Shown here one piece after another: positions 10,450-19,003 of a DNA stretch of 64,000 nucleotides; positions within the stretch are counted from its first letter, which is position 1, and each line of letters opens with the position of its first letter. The notes beneath the pieces are model-generated. The model ran no database searches and was not told the DNA's origin. It saw nothing but the letters and a program-made list of their open reading frames with translations. This DNA comes from Longimicrobiales bacterium. Its GTDB lineage: Bacteria > Gemmatimonadota > Gemmatimonadetes > Longimicrobiales > Gaopeijiaceae. The stretch spans positions 768,001 to 832,000 of the forward strand of contig CBDDCX010000008.1 of NCBI GenBank assembly GCA_965226375.1, given 5' to 3'. The position numbers and the translations under genes were made by a program.

Positions 10450-10692
10450 TTGCCTACGATATTTCGTGCGGGACCGTATCGGTTCTTTTTCTACAGCAAT
10501 GAAGGAACCGAGGCGCCTCATGTGCATGTAGAAGGGAAGGGGTGTGTAGCAAAGCTCGGGCTTACGCCGGTGCGCGTCATCCGGTCGGGTGGGTTGCCGG
10601 CGCACGAGCTCACGAGGATTGAGGCAATCGTGTCGGCGAACAAAGAAGACCTACTGCGTGAGTGGAGATCATTTTTCGATGTCCCGTTCTAG
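10450..10692 (+). CDS. DUF4160-family (DhiT-like) putative toxin
   Basis: TTG start; PTIFRAGPYRFFFYSNEGTEAPHVHV...WRSFF. Confidence 0.85.
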   Translation: MPTIFRAGPYRFFFYSNEGTEAPHVHVEGKGCVAKLGLTPVRVIRSGGLPAHELTRIEAIVSANKEDLLREWRSFFDVPF

Positions 10693-10930
10693 TCCCCGCG
10701 TCGCGCACGTTCGTATTCTCGACTCCGAGATTGTGGTTGATCTCGTAGACGGTCGTGTCATCTCGGCTCCTCTTCACTGGTTCCCGCGGCTGCTGAATGC
10801 AACTACGGCAGAGCGCGACGAATGGCTCTTGGTTGGCCAGGGAGAGGGTATCCACTGGCCTGTCATCGATGAGGACCTCAGTGTCAAGGGACTACTGCGT
10901 GGCGCTCCGGCGCCGGGCGTCAAGATCTGA
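10679..10930 (+). CDS. DUF2442-family (DhiA-like) putative antitoxin
   Basis: VDLVDGRVISAPLHWFPRLLNAT, GIHWPVIDEDLSVKGLL; overlaps DUF4160. Confidence 0.9.
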   Translation: MSRSSPRVAHVRILDSEIVVDLVDGRVISAPLHWFPRLLNATTAERDEWLLVGQGEGIHWPVIDEDLSVKGLLRGAPAPGVKI

Positions 10931-10972
10931 ATCCCCCAGGCCCCCGGCCCGAACTTTGCTATACATTCCAGC

Positions 10973-11917
10973 ATGATCACGAGACCCGACCACGCGCGAC
11001 GCATCGCCCTCGCGCTCCTCACGATCCTCGCCGCCTGCTCCACCGGCGGCGGCGAAGAGACCTCCGTCCTGCGAGGCGACGAAGCCGCGGCCCGTGGGGA
11101 CCTCGAGGCCGCCCTCGCCGAATATCGTCTCGCGGCCCAGCAGGCCGCCCAAGACGCGCCCAATCTGGCCCGTGTGGCCCACACCTACGCCGAGATGGGC
11201 CGCATCGACGAGGCGGGGGACTTTTATCACCAGGCGGTCGAGCAGGACCCGGCCTTTGCCGATCAGGCGGTAACGGACATGGTGCGGCTGGCGCGGGCGG
11301 CTCAGGATCGGGACGACTTCTTCGGCCTGGCCTCGGCCATGGAGACGGCCATGTCGTTTCGGCCCGGGATCACGATTCAGGCCATGGCGCTCCCCCTGGC
11401 GCGTCATTACTTCCGGGCGGGCGAGTATGCCACGGCGTTGCCCTACTATCAGTCGACGATCTCTGGCATGGAAGAGGACACGGTGCCCGAAGTCCTCTTC
11501 GAGGCGGCGTCTGCCTACGATGAGGTTGGCGACTGCCGCCGGGCGCTCCTGCACTACGAGCAGCACCGGCGCATGATCCGACGTTGGCAGAGGGGTGAGG
11601 TAGACTGGAAGATCGGCAGTTGTTCGCTCCGCCTGGCACAGGATCTCCGCATGGACAACCAGGACGAGGAGGCGCTTCTGCACATCGAGCGTACCATCGC
11701 TCTGGCCGAGCCCCGGAGTCTCCAAGCGGTAGCCTACTTCGAGATGGGAGAGAGTCTGTCGGACCTGGGCCGCTGCGAGGACGCCATGGACGCGTTCCTT
11801 CAGGTGCGCCGGGTGGATCAGACGGGGTCGAGCCCCCTGGTGGAGCGCGCCCAGTGGCGCTACGACGAGCTCCGCTTCGTCGGCCCGTCGGGTGGGACCC
11901 TCGGGGCGGGTTGTTAG
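10973..11917 (+). CDS. TPR-repeat lipoprotein
   Basis: Signal peptide with lipobox LAAC; helical TPR-like repeats. Confidence 0.75.
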   Translation: MITRPDHARRIALALLTILAACSTGGGEETSVLRGDEAAARGDLEAALAEYRLAAQQAAQDAPNLARVAHTYAEMGRIDEAGDFYHQAVEQDPAFADQAVTDMVRLARAAQDRDDFFGLASAMETAMSFRPGITIQAMALPLARHYFRAGEYATALPYYQSTISGMEEDTVPEVLFEAASAYDEVGDCRRALLHYEQHRRMIRRWQRGEVDWKIGSCSLRLAQDLRMDNQDEEALLHIERTIALAEPRSLQAVAYFEMGESLSDLGRCEDAMDAFLQVRRVDQTGSSPLVERAQWRYDELRFVGPSGGTLGAGC

Positions 11918-12037
11918 ACGGCCCACACAGCTCCTTCTGCGGGCCTCTCGTCGTTTTTCCCTTGCGTAGAGCCGGATTCGTCGGCTAACGTCAAATAGGC
12001 CCCCAATCTGCGCCAGCCCTCGAAGAGCGTCCCGATC

Positions 12038-12805
12038 GTGAGTCCCAAGAAGAAACAGAAGCCCCAGGAGTATGAGCGCCCCGAGATGGGTCCGGGCTCT
12101 GAGTCCGCGCAGTCGTCCCTACGTCAGATCATGGCTCAGGGGGTGGCGGCCTGGGAGAGTGACGATTTCAAGAGCGCATATGAGCAGTTCCGAGGCATCC
12201 TGGACGAACATCCCGAGTTCGCGGACGTGCACAACAAAGCGGGGTTGTGCCTGGCGATGATGGGAGACGTGGACGGCGCCCTCTCCGCGTTCGATGAGGC
12301 CCTGGCGCTCAACGAACGGTACGCCGAGGCCCATCTGAACCGGGCCATCGTCCTCAACGACCTGGGACGCTTCGAAGACGCATCCGAAGCCTTTCAGCGC
12401 GCAAGCACGCTGGATACGCAGGACTCGAATGTGTTTCCTTCCGATCTGGGCAACCAGTTGGCGGACTCCCACGCCCGGAGCGGCGATCTCTATCTGGTCG
12501 CCAACCGTCCGGAAGAAGCCGCTCAGGAGTATGCGGCGGCGGTATCGGTCCGTCCACGCTTTGCCGATTTGCGCTTCAAGCTCGCCGAGGCCTACCTGAA
12601 CCTGGACCGCCTGGATGATGCTCGGCACCACCTCGAGGCCATCCTGGAGATGAATCCGTTCTTTCTCGACGCTCGGGTCAGGCTCGGTGCGCTGCTACAC
12701 CGACAGGGTGATCTCGCGGGTGCGAGAAAAGAGTGGGAACTCTGCGCCGAGGCCGATCCGGAGGACCGGCGCGTCCAGGCCTATCTGGCGGGGCTGGACG
12801 CATAG
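12038..12805 (+). CDS. Tetratricopeptide repeat protein
   Basis: TPR motifs (ADVHNKAG, AEAHLNRA, ADLRFKLA, LDARVRLG); TTGCGT-N18-TAACGT upstream at 11962-11991. Confidence 0.8.
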   Translation: MSPKKKQKPQEYERPEMGPGSESAQSSLRQIMAQGVAAWESDDFKSAYEQFRGILDEHPEFADVHNKAGLCLAMMGDVDGALSAFDEALALNERYAEAHLNRAIVLNDLGRFEDASEAFQRASTLDTQDSNVFPSDLGNQLADSHARSGDLYLVANRPEEAAQEYAAAVSVRPRFADLRFKLAEAYLNLDRLDDARHHLEAILEMNPFFLDARVRLGALLHRQGDLAGARKEWELCAEADPEDRRVQAYLAGLDA

Positions 12806-12916
12806 CTCGGCTGGACCGGACCCTCCTCTTTTCCCCCATTGCCAAGTTCTGGGCATCCGGCGAGCCTTAGGGCTGTTCTCGCGAACCTGACCCTGGCTCC
12901 GGTGTAATTCCCGGGT

Positions 12917-13651
12917 ATGAAAATAGACGTTCGACCCCTCCTGACCTTCGCTGTGGCAGGCCTCCTGTTCACGGCCTGTTCCAGTATGCCGTTCCCGGGC
13001 ATGACCGCCACTGAGATTTACAACCTCGGGGTGCAGGCCATGGAAGAAGAGCGCTGGGACGCGGCGGTCGAAGCGTTCGAGGCCATGATCCTGACCTCTG
13101 GTTTCGGCAACGCCTCCGAAGCCCGACTGCGGCTGGCCCAGTCCGAGTTCGCGCGGGAGAATTACATCGAGGCGCGGACCGAGTTTCAACGTACCATCGA
13201 CCGCTTCCCGAGCGACACGACGGCGCCTCATGCCGCCCTGGGCGTCTGCAGCTCCTTGGCCGAGCTGTCGCCGATCCCCCACCGAGACCAGGCGTTCACC
13301 CGGCAGGCGCGCACGAGCTGTGGGCAGGTGGCGTCGGACTACGCCGGGACCATCATCGGCCTGCGAGCCTCGGAGGTCGCGGCGTCGATGTTCGACAAGC
13401 TCGCCGAGCAGGATTACAACACGGGGCTTCACTACCTGAAGAGAAATCTCCTGGATTCGGCGCTCCTCTACTTCGAGGCGGTCGAGGAAGGCTACGCTCA
13501 GTCGGCCTGGGCGCCGTGGGCGTTGCTGAAGAAGATCGAGGTCTTCGAGAAGTTCGGCTATCGACAGGACATCGATGACACCCGCGACAAGCTGCTCGAG
13601 CTGTATCCCGACTCCGAGGCGGCCAAGCTGCTCGATAGTGGAGCCGGCTAA
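12917..13651 (+). CDS. bamD: Outer membrane protein assembly factor BamD
   Basis: Lipobox FTAC, TPRs, FQRTIDRFPS, RDQAFTRQA, KLAEQDYNTGLHYLK. Confidence 0.85.
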   Translation: MKIDVRPLLTFAVAGLLFTACSSMPFPGMTATEIYNLGVQAMEEERWDAAVEAFEAMILTSGFGNASEARLRLAQSEFARENYIEARTEFQRTIDRFPSDTTAPHAALGVCSSLAELSPIPHRDQAFTRQARTSCGQVASDYAGTIIGLRASEVAASMFDKLAEQDYNTGLHYLKRNLLDSALLYFEAVEEGYAQSAWAPWALLKKIEVFEKFGYRQDIDDTRDKLLELYPDSEAAKLLDSGAG

Positions 13652-14237
13652 CCCCCGCAGGTTCGGGGTGCTTGGAGGCACGTTCGACCCTCCCCACATC
13701 GGCCACGTCGCCGTAGCCCGGGAGCTGGTGGAGAGAGGGGACCTCGACGAGGTGGTCTGGATGCCCGCTCGCAATCCTCCGCACAAAGCTCATGGCGGTA
13801 TCGCACCTCCGGGCCTTCGCTTGGAGATGGTGAAGGCGGCGACCGACGGAGCAGGGGGGCAGAGGTGGAGCGACCGGGAGCTCGCACGAGTGGGCCCCTC
13901 ATTCACGGTCGATACCCTGCGCGATCTGCACTCCGAGTATCCCGACGTCGATTGGGTGTTGATTCTCGGAGTCGACCAGTTTGCCGAGTTCTCCACGTGG
14001 AGAGAGCCGGAAGAGGTGGCCCGTCTGGCGCGGCTGTGGGTCCTGGCCCGCGAGGGGCAGGACCCCGCCGACGTGAATCCGGGCGTCGACGTCGAGTGGA
14101 CGCCGGCACCGGTCTCGAGAGTCGACGTCTCGTCGTCGGAGATTCGACGGCGTGTCAGGGAAGGGGAGCCCTTCTGTCATCTGGTCCCCGACGGCGTGGC
14201 CGGCGTCATCGAGCGGGAGCGGCTCTACCGCGACTGA
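13638..14237 (+). CDS. nadD: Nicotinate-nucleotide adenylyltransferase
   Basis: GGTFDPPHIGH, PPHK, SFTVDTL, VSSSEIR; GTG start at 13638. Confidence 0.95.
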   Translation: MEPANPRRFGVLGGTFDPPHIGHVAVARELVERGDLDEVVWMPARNPPHKAHGGIAPPGLRLEMVKAATDGAGGQRWSDRELARVGPSFTVDTLRDLHSEYPDVDWVLILGVDQFAEFSTWREPEEVARLARLWVLAREGQDPADVNPGVDVEWTPAPVSRVDVSSSEIRRRVREGEPFCHLVPDGVAGVIERERLYRD

Positions 14238-14241
14238 AGGC

Positions 14242-14277
14242 GCGATCGAGGGCTGCCATTACCTCGATCGCCGTTTT
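14242..14277 (+). terminator. Possible intrinsic terminator after nadD
   Basis: Stem GCGATCGAGG/CCTCGATCGC followed by a short T run. Confidence 0.45.
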
Positions 14278-14375
14278 CGTGCAGGTTTATGGGCTGTGGT
14301 GTAGTGATTGCCCGGATTGAACGAGATTTGGCGTCTCCTGAGGAGACGCCCTATAGGGATTAGAAGCCATTGAGC

Positions 14376-17300
14376 ATGGTGAAGGCGGTAGCCAAGAAGA
14401 TCCTCGGTTCACGACATATTCGTGAGGCGAAGAAGCTCCAGCCGCTGGTCGATGAGATCAACGGGTATTACGAGGAGTACGAGTCGCTCTCCGAGGAGGA
14501 GCTGAAGGGCAACACGGAGGACTTCAGGGGCCGCATCAAGGCGGCTACCGAAGCCGTCGAAGCCGAGATGGCGACGCTGCTCGAAGAGAAACGCCACTCC
14601 GAGGATCCCAATCGTAGGCAGGAGCTTCAGGAGGAGCTGAGCGACCTCGACGCGAGACTCGTCGAGATTACCGACGACGCCCTCGAGGAGATCCTCCCCG
14701 AGGCCTTCGCGACGGTCAAGGAAGCTTGCCGCCGCCTGATGGGCACGGAAGTCGTCGTCACGGGCCAGAAGCAGGTCTGGGACATGATTCCCTACGACGT
14801 ACAGCTGGTGGGTGCCATCGCCCTCCATCGGGGGCGCGTGGCCGAGATGGCTACCGGGGAGGGGAAGACCCTCGTGGCCACCATGCCGCTCTATCTGAAC
14901 GCCCTCGCCGGGCGAGGCGCGCATCTCGTCACCGTGAACACCTACCTGGCCCAGCGTGACGCCGAGTGGATGGGCTACATCTACAGCTACATCGGCCTCA
15001 CGGTCGACTGCATCGACAAGTACGAGCCCCACTCGCCTGAGCGGACGGCCGGATACGGCTCGGACATCACCTACGGGACCAACAACGAGTTCGGCTTCGA
15101 CTACCTACGTGACAACATGGTGCACGCGCTGGAGCAGCGTGTGCAGCGCCGGCACTGGTACGCCATCATCGACGAGGTGGACTCGATTCTCATCGACGAG
15201 GCCCGTACACCCCTCATCATCTCGGGTCCGGTGGGTCGCGATACGTCGACGCCCTTCAAGCAGTACAACACCCTGGTCGGGGGCCTCTACAAGAAGCAGA
15301 CGCGCCTGGTCAGTGAGCTGATCGCCCAGACCGAGAAGGACCTGGAAGAGGGCAACGAGTTCGAGGCGGGTGAGAAGCTACTGGCGGCCAAACGTGGAGG
15401 ACCGCGCAACAAGAGGCTCCAGAAGCTCTTCGCCGACGACCCCGGCCTGCAAAAGCTGGTCTTGAAGGTCGAGGCCGACTACATGCGAGAGAAGCGTCTT
15501 TTCGAGGTCGACGAGATGCTTCTCTTCGCCATGGACGAGAAGGGGCACAACGTGCACCTCTCCGACGCCGGCTTGGACTCGCTGTCCCCTGGGGACCCCG
15601 ACGCGTTCGTCGTGCCGGACCTGTCCGAGGCCATGGGCAAGATCGAAGGGGACGAGTCCCTCTCGGTAGACGCCAAGCGGGACCTGTTGAACAGACTGGA
15701 GGCCGAGTACGCCGGCAAGAGCGAGAAAATCCACGTCATCCACCAGCTCCTGAAGGCGTACACGCTCTTCCAGAAGGACGAGAAATACATCATCGGTGAG
15801 GACGGCTCGATCGTCATCGTCGACGAGTTTACGGGTCGTCAGATGGCCGGCCGGCGCTGGAGTGACGGGCTTCATCAGGCGGTGGAGGCCAAGGAAGGGG
15901 TGGAGATCAAGGGCGAGACGCAGACCCTGGCCACGATCACTATCCAGAACTACTTCCGCATGTACGACAAGCTGGCCGGCATGACGGGTACGGCGGAGAC
16001 CGAGGAGACCGAGTTCCACCAGATCTACAAGCTCGACGTCTTCGTGATTCCGACGAACCAGCCCATCGTCCGCGACGATCGCGACGACCTCATATTCCGC
16101 ACCAAGCGCGAGAAGTACACAGCGCTCATGGACGAGATCGAGCGACTGAAAAAGATGGAGCTCCCGGTGTTGGTGGGTACGACCAACGTCGAGATCTCGG
16201 AGACGCTCTCTCGGATGCTCAAACGGCGGGGCATTGTCCACAACGTCCTGAATGCCAAGCAGCACAAGGCCGAATCGGAGATCGTGGCCGAGGCGGGCCG
16301 TGCCGGAACGGTCACCATCGCCACCAACATGGCCGGTCGCGGGACCGACATTAAGCTCGGCGAGGGTGTTACCGACGCTCGCACGGTGGGATGGGCCAGG
16401 GAGCGCGATATCGACCTAGAGGATCTCATTCCCGTGGATCCGACCCGGGAGGGGGACTTCGAGGACAAGTCCGACGACTACGTGATCGAGGTGGGCGGAC
16501 TGCACATTCTGGGCTCCGAGCGCCACGAGTCACGGCGCATCGACCGCCAGCTTCGCGGGCGGTCCGGGCGTCAGGGTGACCCCGGCGCCACCCAGTTCTT
16601 CATCTCGGTCGAAGACGACCTGATGCGCCTGTTCGTGGGCGACCGCCTGGCCAACGCCATGGACAAGCTCGGGGCGGAAGAGGGAGAGGTGATCACTCAT
16701 CCGCTGGTCACGCGCTCGATCGAGACCGCGCAGAAGCGCGTGGAGGGCAACAACTTCGAGGCCCGCAAGCGCTTGCTGGACTACGACGACGTCATGAACC
16801 AGCAGCGCGAGGTCATCTACGACCGCCGCCTTTTCGCCCTGGAGGGTGGAGAGGATCTGAAGGGCGAGATGTGGGAGATGATCGAGCACGCCGTGGAGTC
16901 CTCCGTAGACGAGTACCTGGGCTTCGAGCACGACGAGGAGTGGGATCTGGCCGGGCTCAAGAAGCGGCTCATGCTCGACTACCAGACGATTCTTCGGGAG
17001 CTGCCCGACGAGAACGATCCCGAGCACGAGTGGGAGCGTCACGAGATCCAGGACAAGGCGATCAAAGGTGTGCACGAGCAGTTCCGCGCCAAGATCGCAA
17101 GCTTCGGAGAGGCGGCCGAAGGGGTGACCAGCTACATCATGCTCGGCGTCATCGACAGCAAGTGGAAGGACCACCTCTACGATCTCGATCACCTGAAGGC
17201 GTCCATCGGCTTTCGGGGTTGGGGCCAGAAGGATCCGCTCGTCGAGTACAAGAAGGAGGCCTACGAGATGTTCGTGGACCTCATGGCGGATCTACGCTCC

Positions 17301-17723
17301 ACGGTCTCGAACCAGACGTTCAGGGCCCATATCGGTCAACCTCCGCAGCGCGTTCGTCAGCCGCAGAGGCTCCAGTACTCCGGGCCGTCCGAGGTGGTGG
17401 GGGGTGGTGCCATAGCGCAGGCCGCGGCGGCGCAGCGGGCCACGCAGACGAGCGGCAGTGCTCAGGGCCGAGTGGACGACCTGGGTGTGGCCAGTGCGGC
17501 GAGAACCGGGACAGCGGGCAGGACGGTGCCCCTCGGATCCGTCAGCGGTGTGGCCGCGCCCCAGGACCCGGGGCAGCTCGCCACCAACCGCGGCGAGGCG
17601 CGGGTGCGGGCGCCGGTCACGGCCACCAAGGAGCCGGGGCGTAATGATCCTTGTCCGTGTGGTTCAGGGAAGAAGTTCAAGAAATGCCACGGGGGGGTGT
17701 CGGGGTCCGATTCTGGCATGTGA
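14376..17723 (+). CDS. secA: Preprotein translocase subunit SecA
   Basis: EMATGEGKT, DEVDSILIDEARTPL, TNMAGRGTDI, RHESRRIDRQLRGR, C-terminal SEC-C GRNDPCPCGSGKKFKKCH. Confidence 0.98.
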   Translation: MVKAVAKKILGSRHIREAKKLQPLVDEINGYYEEYESLSEEELKGNTEDFRGRIKAATEAVEAEMATLLEEKRHSEDPNRRQELQEELSDLDARLVEITDDALEEILPEAFATVKEACRRLMGTEVVVTGQKQVWDMIPYDVQLVGAIALHRGRVAEMATGEGKTLVATMPLYLNALAGRGAHLVTVNTYLAQRDAEWMGYIYSYIGLTVDCIDKYEPHSPERTAGYGSDITYGTNNEFGFDYLRDNMVHALEQRVQRRHWYAIIDEVDSILIDEARTPLIISGPVGRDTSTPFKQYNTLVGGLYKKQTRLVSELIAQTEKDLEEGNEFEAGEKLLAAKRGGPRNKRLQKLFADDPGLQKLVLKVEADYMREKRLFEVDEMLLFAMDEKGHNVHLSDAGLDSLSPGDPDAFVVPDLSEAMGKIEGDESLSVDAKRDLLNRLEAEYAGKSEKIHVIHQLLKAYTLFQKDEKYIIGEDGSIVIVDEFTGRQMAGRRWSDGLHQAVEAKEGVEIKGETQTLATITIQNYFRMYDKLAGMTGTAETEETEFHQIYKLDVFVIPTNQPIVRDDRDDLIFRTKREKYTALMDEIERLKKMELPVLVGTTNVEISETLSRMLKRRGIVHNVLNAKQHKAESEIVAEAGRAGTVTIATNMAGRGTDIKLGEGVTDARTVGWARERDIDLEDLIPVDPTREGDFEDKSDDYVIEVGGLHILGSERHESRRIDRQLRGRSGRQGDPGATQFFISVEDDLMRLFVGDRLANAMDKLGAEEGEVITHPLVTRSIETAQKRVEGNNFEARKRLLDYDDVMNQQREVIYDRRLFALEGGEDLKGEMWEMIEHAVESSVDEYLGFEHDEEWDLAGLKKRLMLDYQTILRELPDENDPEHEWERHEIQDKAIKGVHEQFRAKIASFGEAAEGVTSYIMLGVIDSKWKDHLYDLDHLKASIGFRGWGQKDPLVEYKKEAYEMFVDLMADLRSTVSNQTFRAHIGQPPQRVRQPQRLQYSGPSEVVGGGAIAQAAAAQRATQTSGSAQGRVDDLGVASAARTGTAGRTVPLGSVSGVAAPQDPGQLATNRGEARVRAPVTATKEPGRNDPCPCGSGKKFKKCHGGVSGSDSGM

Positions 17724-17725
17724 GT

Positions 17726-17820
17726 CGGGAGGGCGGATCGGGTGTCTTCCCTCGGTCAGCGCTTCGCTCTACGGCTTCGCCGTAGACATCCCTCGGGAAG
17801 ACACCCGATCCGCCCTCCCG
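17726..17820. repeat. REP-like palindromic element with perfect 26-bp arms, immediately after the secA stop
   Basis: CGGGAGGGCGGATCGGGTGTCTTCCC (17726-17751) and its exact reverse complement (17795-17820), enclosing hairpin TCTACGGC-TTC-GCCGTAGA. Confidence 0.85.
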
Positions 17821-17970
17821 GTCGACTACGGGGGCGGAACCCCTACGCTAATAGCCGCGACATTCTTTCATTCGGGGCGTGGGGTCCCAAGGAGCCATTC
17901 GGACGCACGCAACGGACCGTTTTCTTCTCTGTGCATCGACCCGTGAACCTTACGACCGCAGGGAGGCAAG

Positions 17971-18231
17971 ATGAAGGGCTACTACGAGTGCGAAGAGGCG
18001 ATCGAGAATTTCGAGGACCTGATGGATGAGGCCTGGATCGCCGGCTACGTGAAGATCCGTCAGAAGGCTGGAAGAGACTTCATGCTGCGACCCTGGGATC
18101 TCAGGTCTCCCTTGGAGGAGCTCGAGGTGAACCTCGAGGTGGAGAGGCTGGTGGAGGAAGCTCTCGAAGACTACCACGACCCGGACGACGCGACCTTTCC
18201 CATGATCTCGGAGAACGGCAAGGCAGCCTAG
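17971..18231 (+). CDS. Acidic hypothetical protein resembling Phd/YefM-type antitoxins (orphan)
   Basis: GGAGG RBS; pattern Y-x3-EA-x2-NF-x2-L-x-DEA-x3-G-x-V-x-IR-x-K-x-G-x2-F-x-LRP-x3-RSPL. Confidence 0.55.
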   Translation: MKGYYECEEAIENFEDLMDEAWIAGYVKIRQKAGRDFMLRPWDLRSPLEELEVNLEVERLVEEALEDYHDPDDATFPMISENGKAA

Positions 18232-18241
18232 GAGGCTGGCC

Positions 18242-18916
18242 ATCCGCTGCCTCCCGGCGGCCGAGCGTCCCCGTGAACGCTTGGTCGCCCTGGGGCCGGT
18301 TGCGCTCTCGAGCCGGGAACTGCTGGCGGTCCTGATCGGGAGCGGGGGCCGTGAGGCGTCGGCCTTGGAGATCGCCGAGGCGGTGCTCGGTGGAGTGAAC
18401 GGATCCGTCCGCGCGCTGGGGTCTCTGTCGCCGTTGGGAATCACGGGCGTTCCGGGGGTCGGGGAGGTGACGTCGGCCCGAATCTCGGCCGCGCTGGAGC
18501 TGGGAAGGCGAGCGAGCGCCGAGGAGCGCTACCCGGGAGAGCGTATCCGGGGCCCCCGTGACGTGTTCGATCGTATGGAGCCCCGTCTCCGCGACCTACA
18601 CCAGGAGGAGTTCCACGCGTTGCTTCTGTCGTCTCAGCACCGCGTGATCGGCCAGGTTCTCATCACCCGGGGCATCCTGGACGCGTCTCTCATCCACGCG
18701 CGAGAGGTGTTCAGGCCTGCAATCGTCCGGAGCGCAGCCGGGATCATTCTCGTCCACAACCATCCGTCGGGCGACCCGACCCCGTCGAGTGAGGACCGGG
18801 CTGTGACACGACAGCTGTCCCGAGCGGGTACGGCCGTCGGGATCCCTGTGGTCGACCACGTGGTGGTCGGCGACGGCCGGTTCGTATCGATCGCCGAGGA
18901 CGGAGGGTTGGTGTGA
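18242..18916 (+). CDS. radC: RadC family JAB-domain protein (start codon uncertain)
   Basis: ERPRERL, LSSRELLAVL, QEEF, HAREVF, HNHPSGDPTPSSED, DHVVVG. Confidence 0.9.
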   Translation: MRCLPAAERPRERLVALGPVALSSRELLAVLIGSGGREASALEIAEAVLGGVNGSVRALGSLSPLGITGVPGVGEVTSARISAALELGRRASAEERYPGERIRGPRDVFDRMEPRLRDLHQEEFHALLLSSQHRVIGQVLITRGILDASLIHAREVFRPAIVRSAAGIILVHNHPSGDPTPSSEDRAVTRQLSRAGTAVGIPVVDHVVVGDGRFVSIAEDGGLV

Positions 18917-19003
18917 GCGGCCGCACAGGCGCTCGGAAGCCCTGACGCACATCCCCGGGTAGCCATCGGGAAACAGATGTGTGAAAGCGGGGGTAGCTCA
19001 GGG

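Noticed and set aside
1625..10930. Integron cassette array explaining the TA modules
   Set aside because: No attC-like sites or integrase seen; cassettes lie in both orientations.
14329..14358. Palindromes GGCGTCTCCT-G-AGGAGACGCC and CCCTATAGGG before secA
   Set aside because: Single occurrence; could be an operator or translational hairpin but nothing else supports a call.
17830..17960. Riboswitch or tRNA in this spacer (also 62200-62280)
   Set aside because: Hairpins are present but I could not match a known aptamer or cloverleaf; an Rfam/tRNAscan search would be needed.
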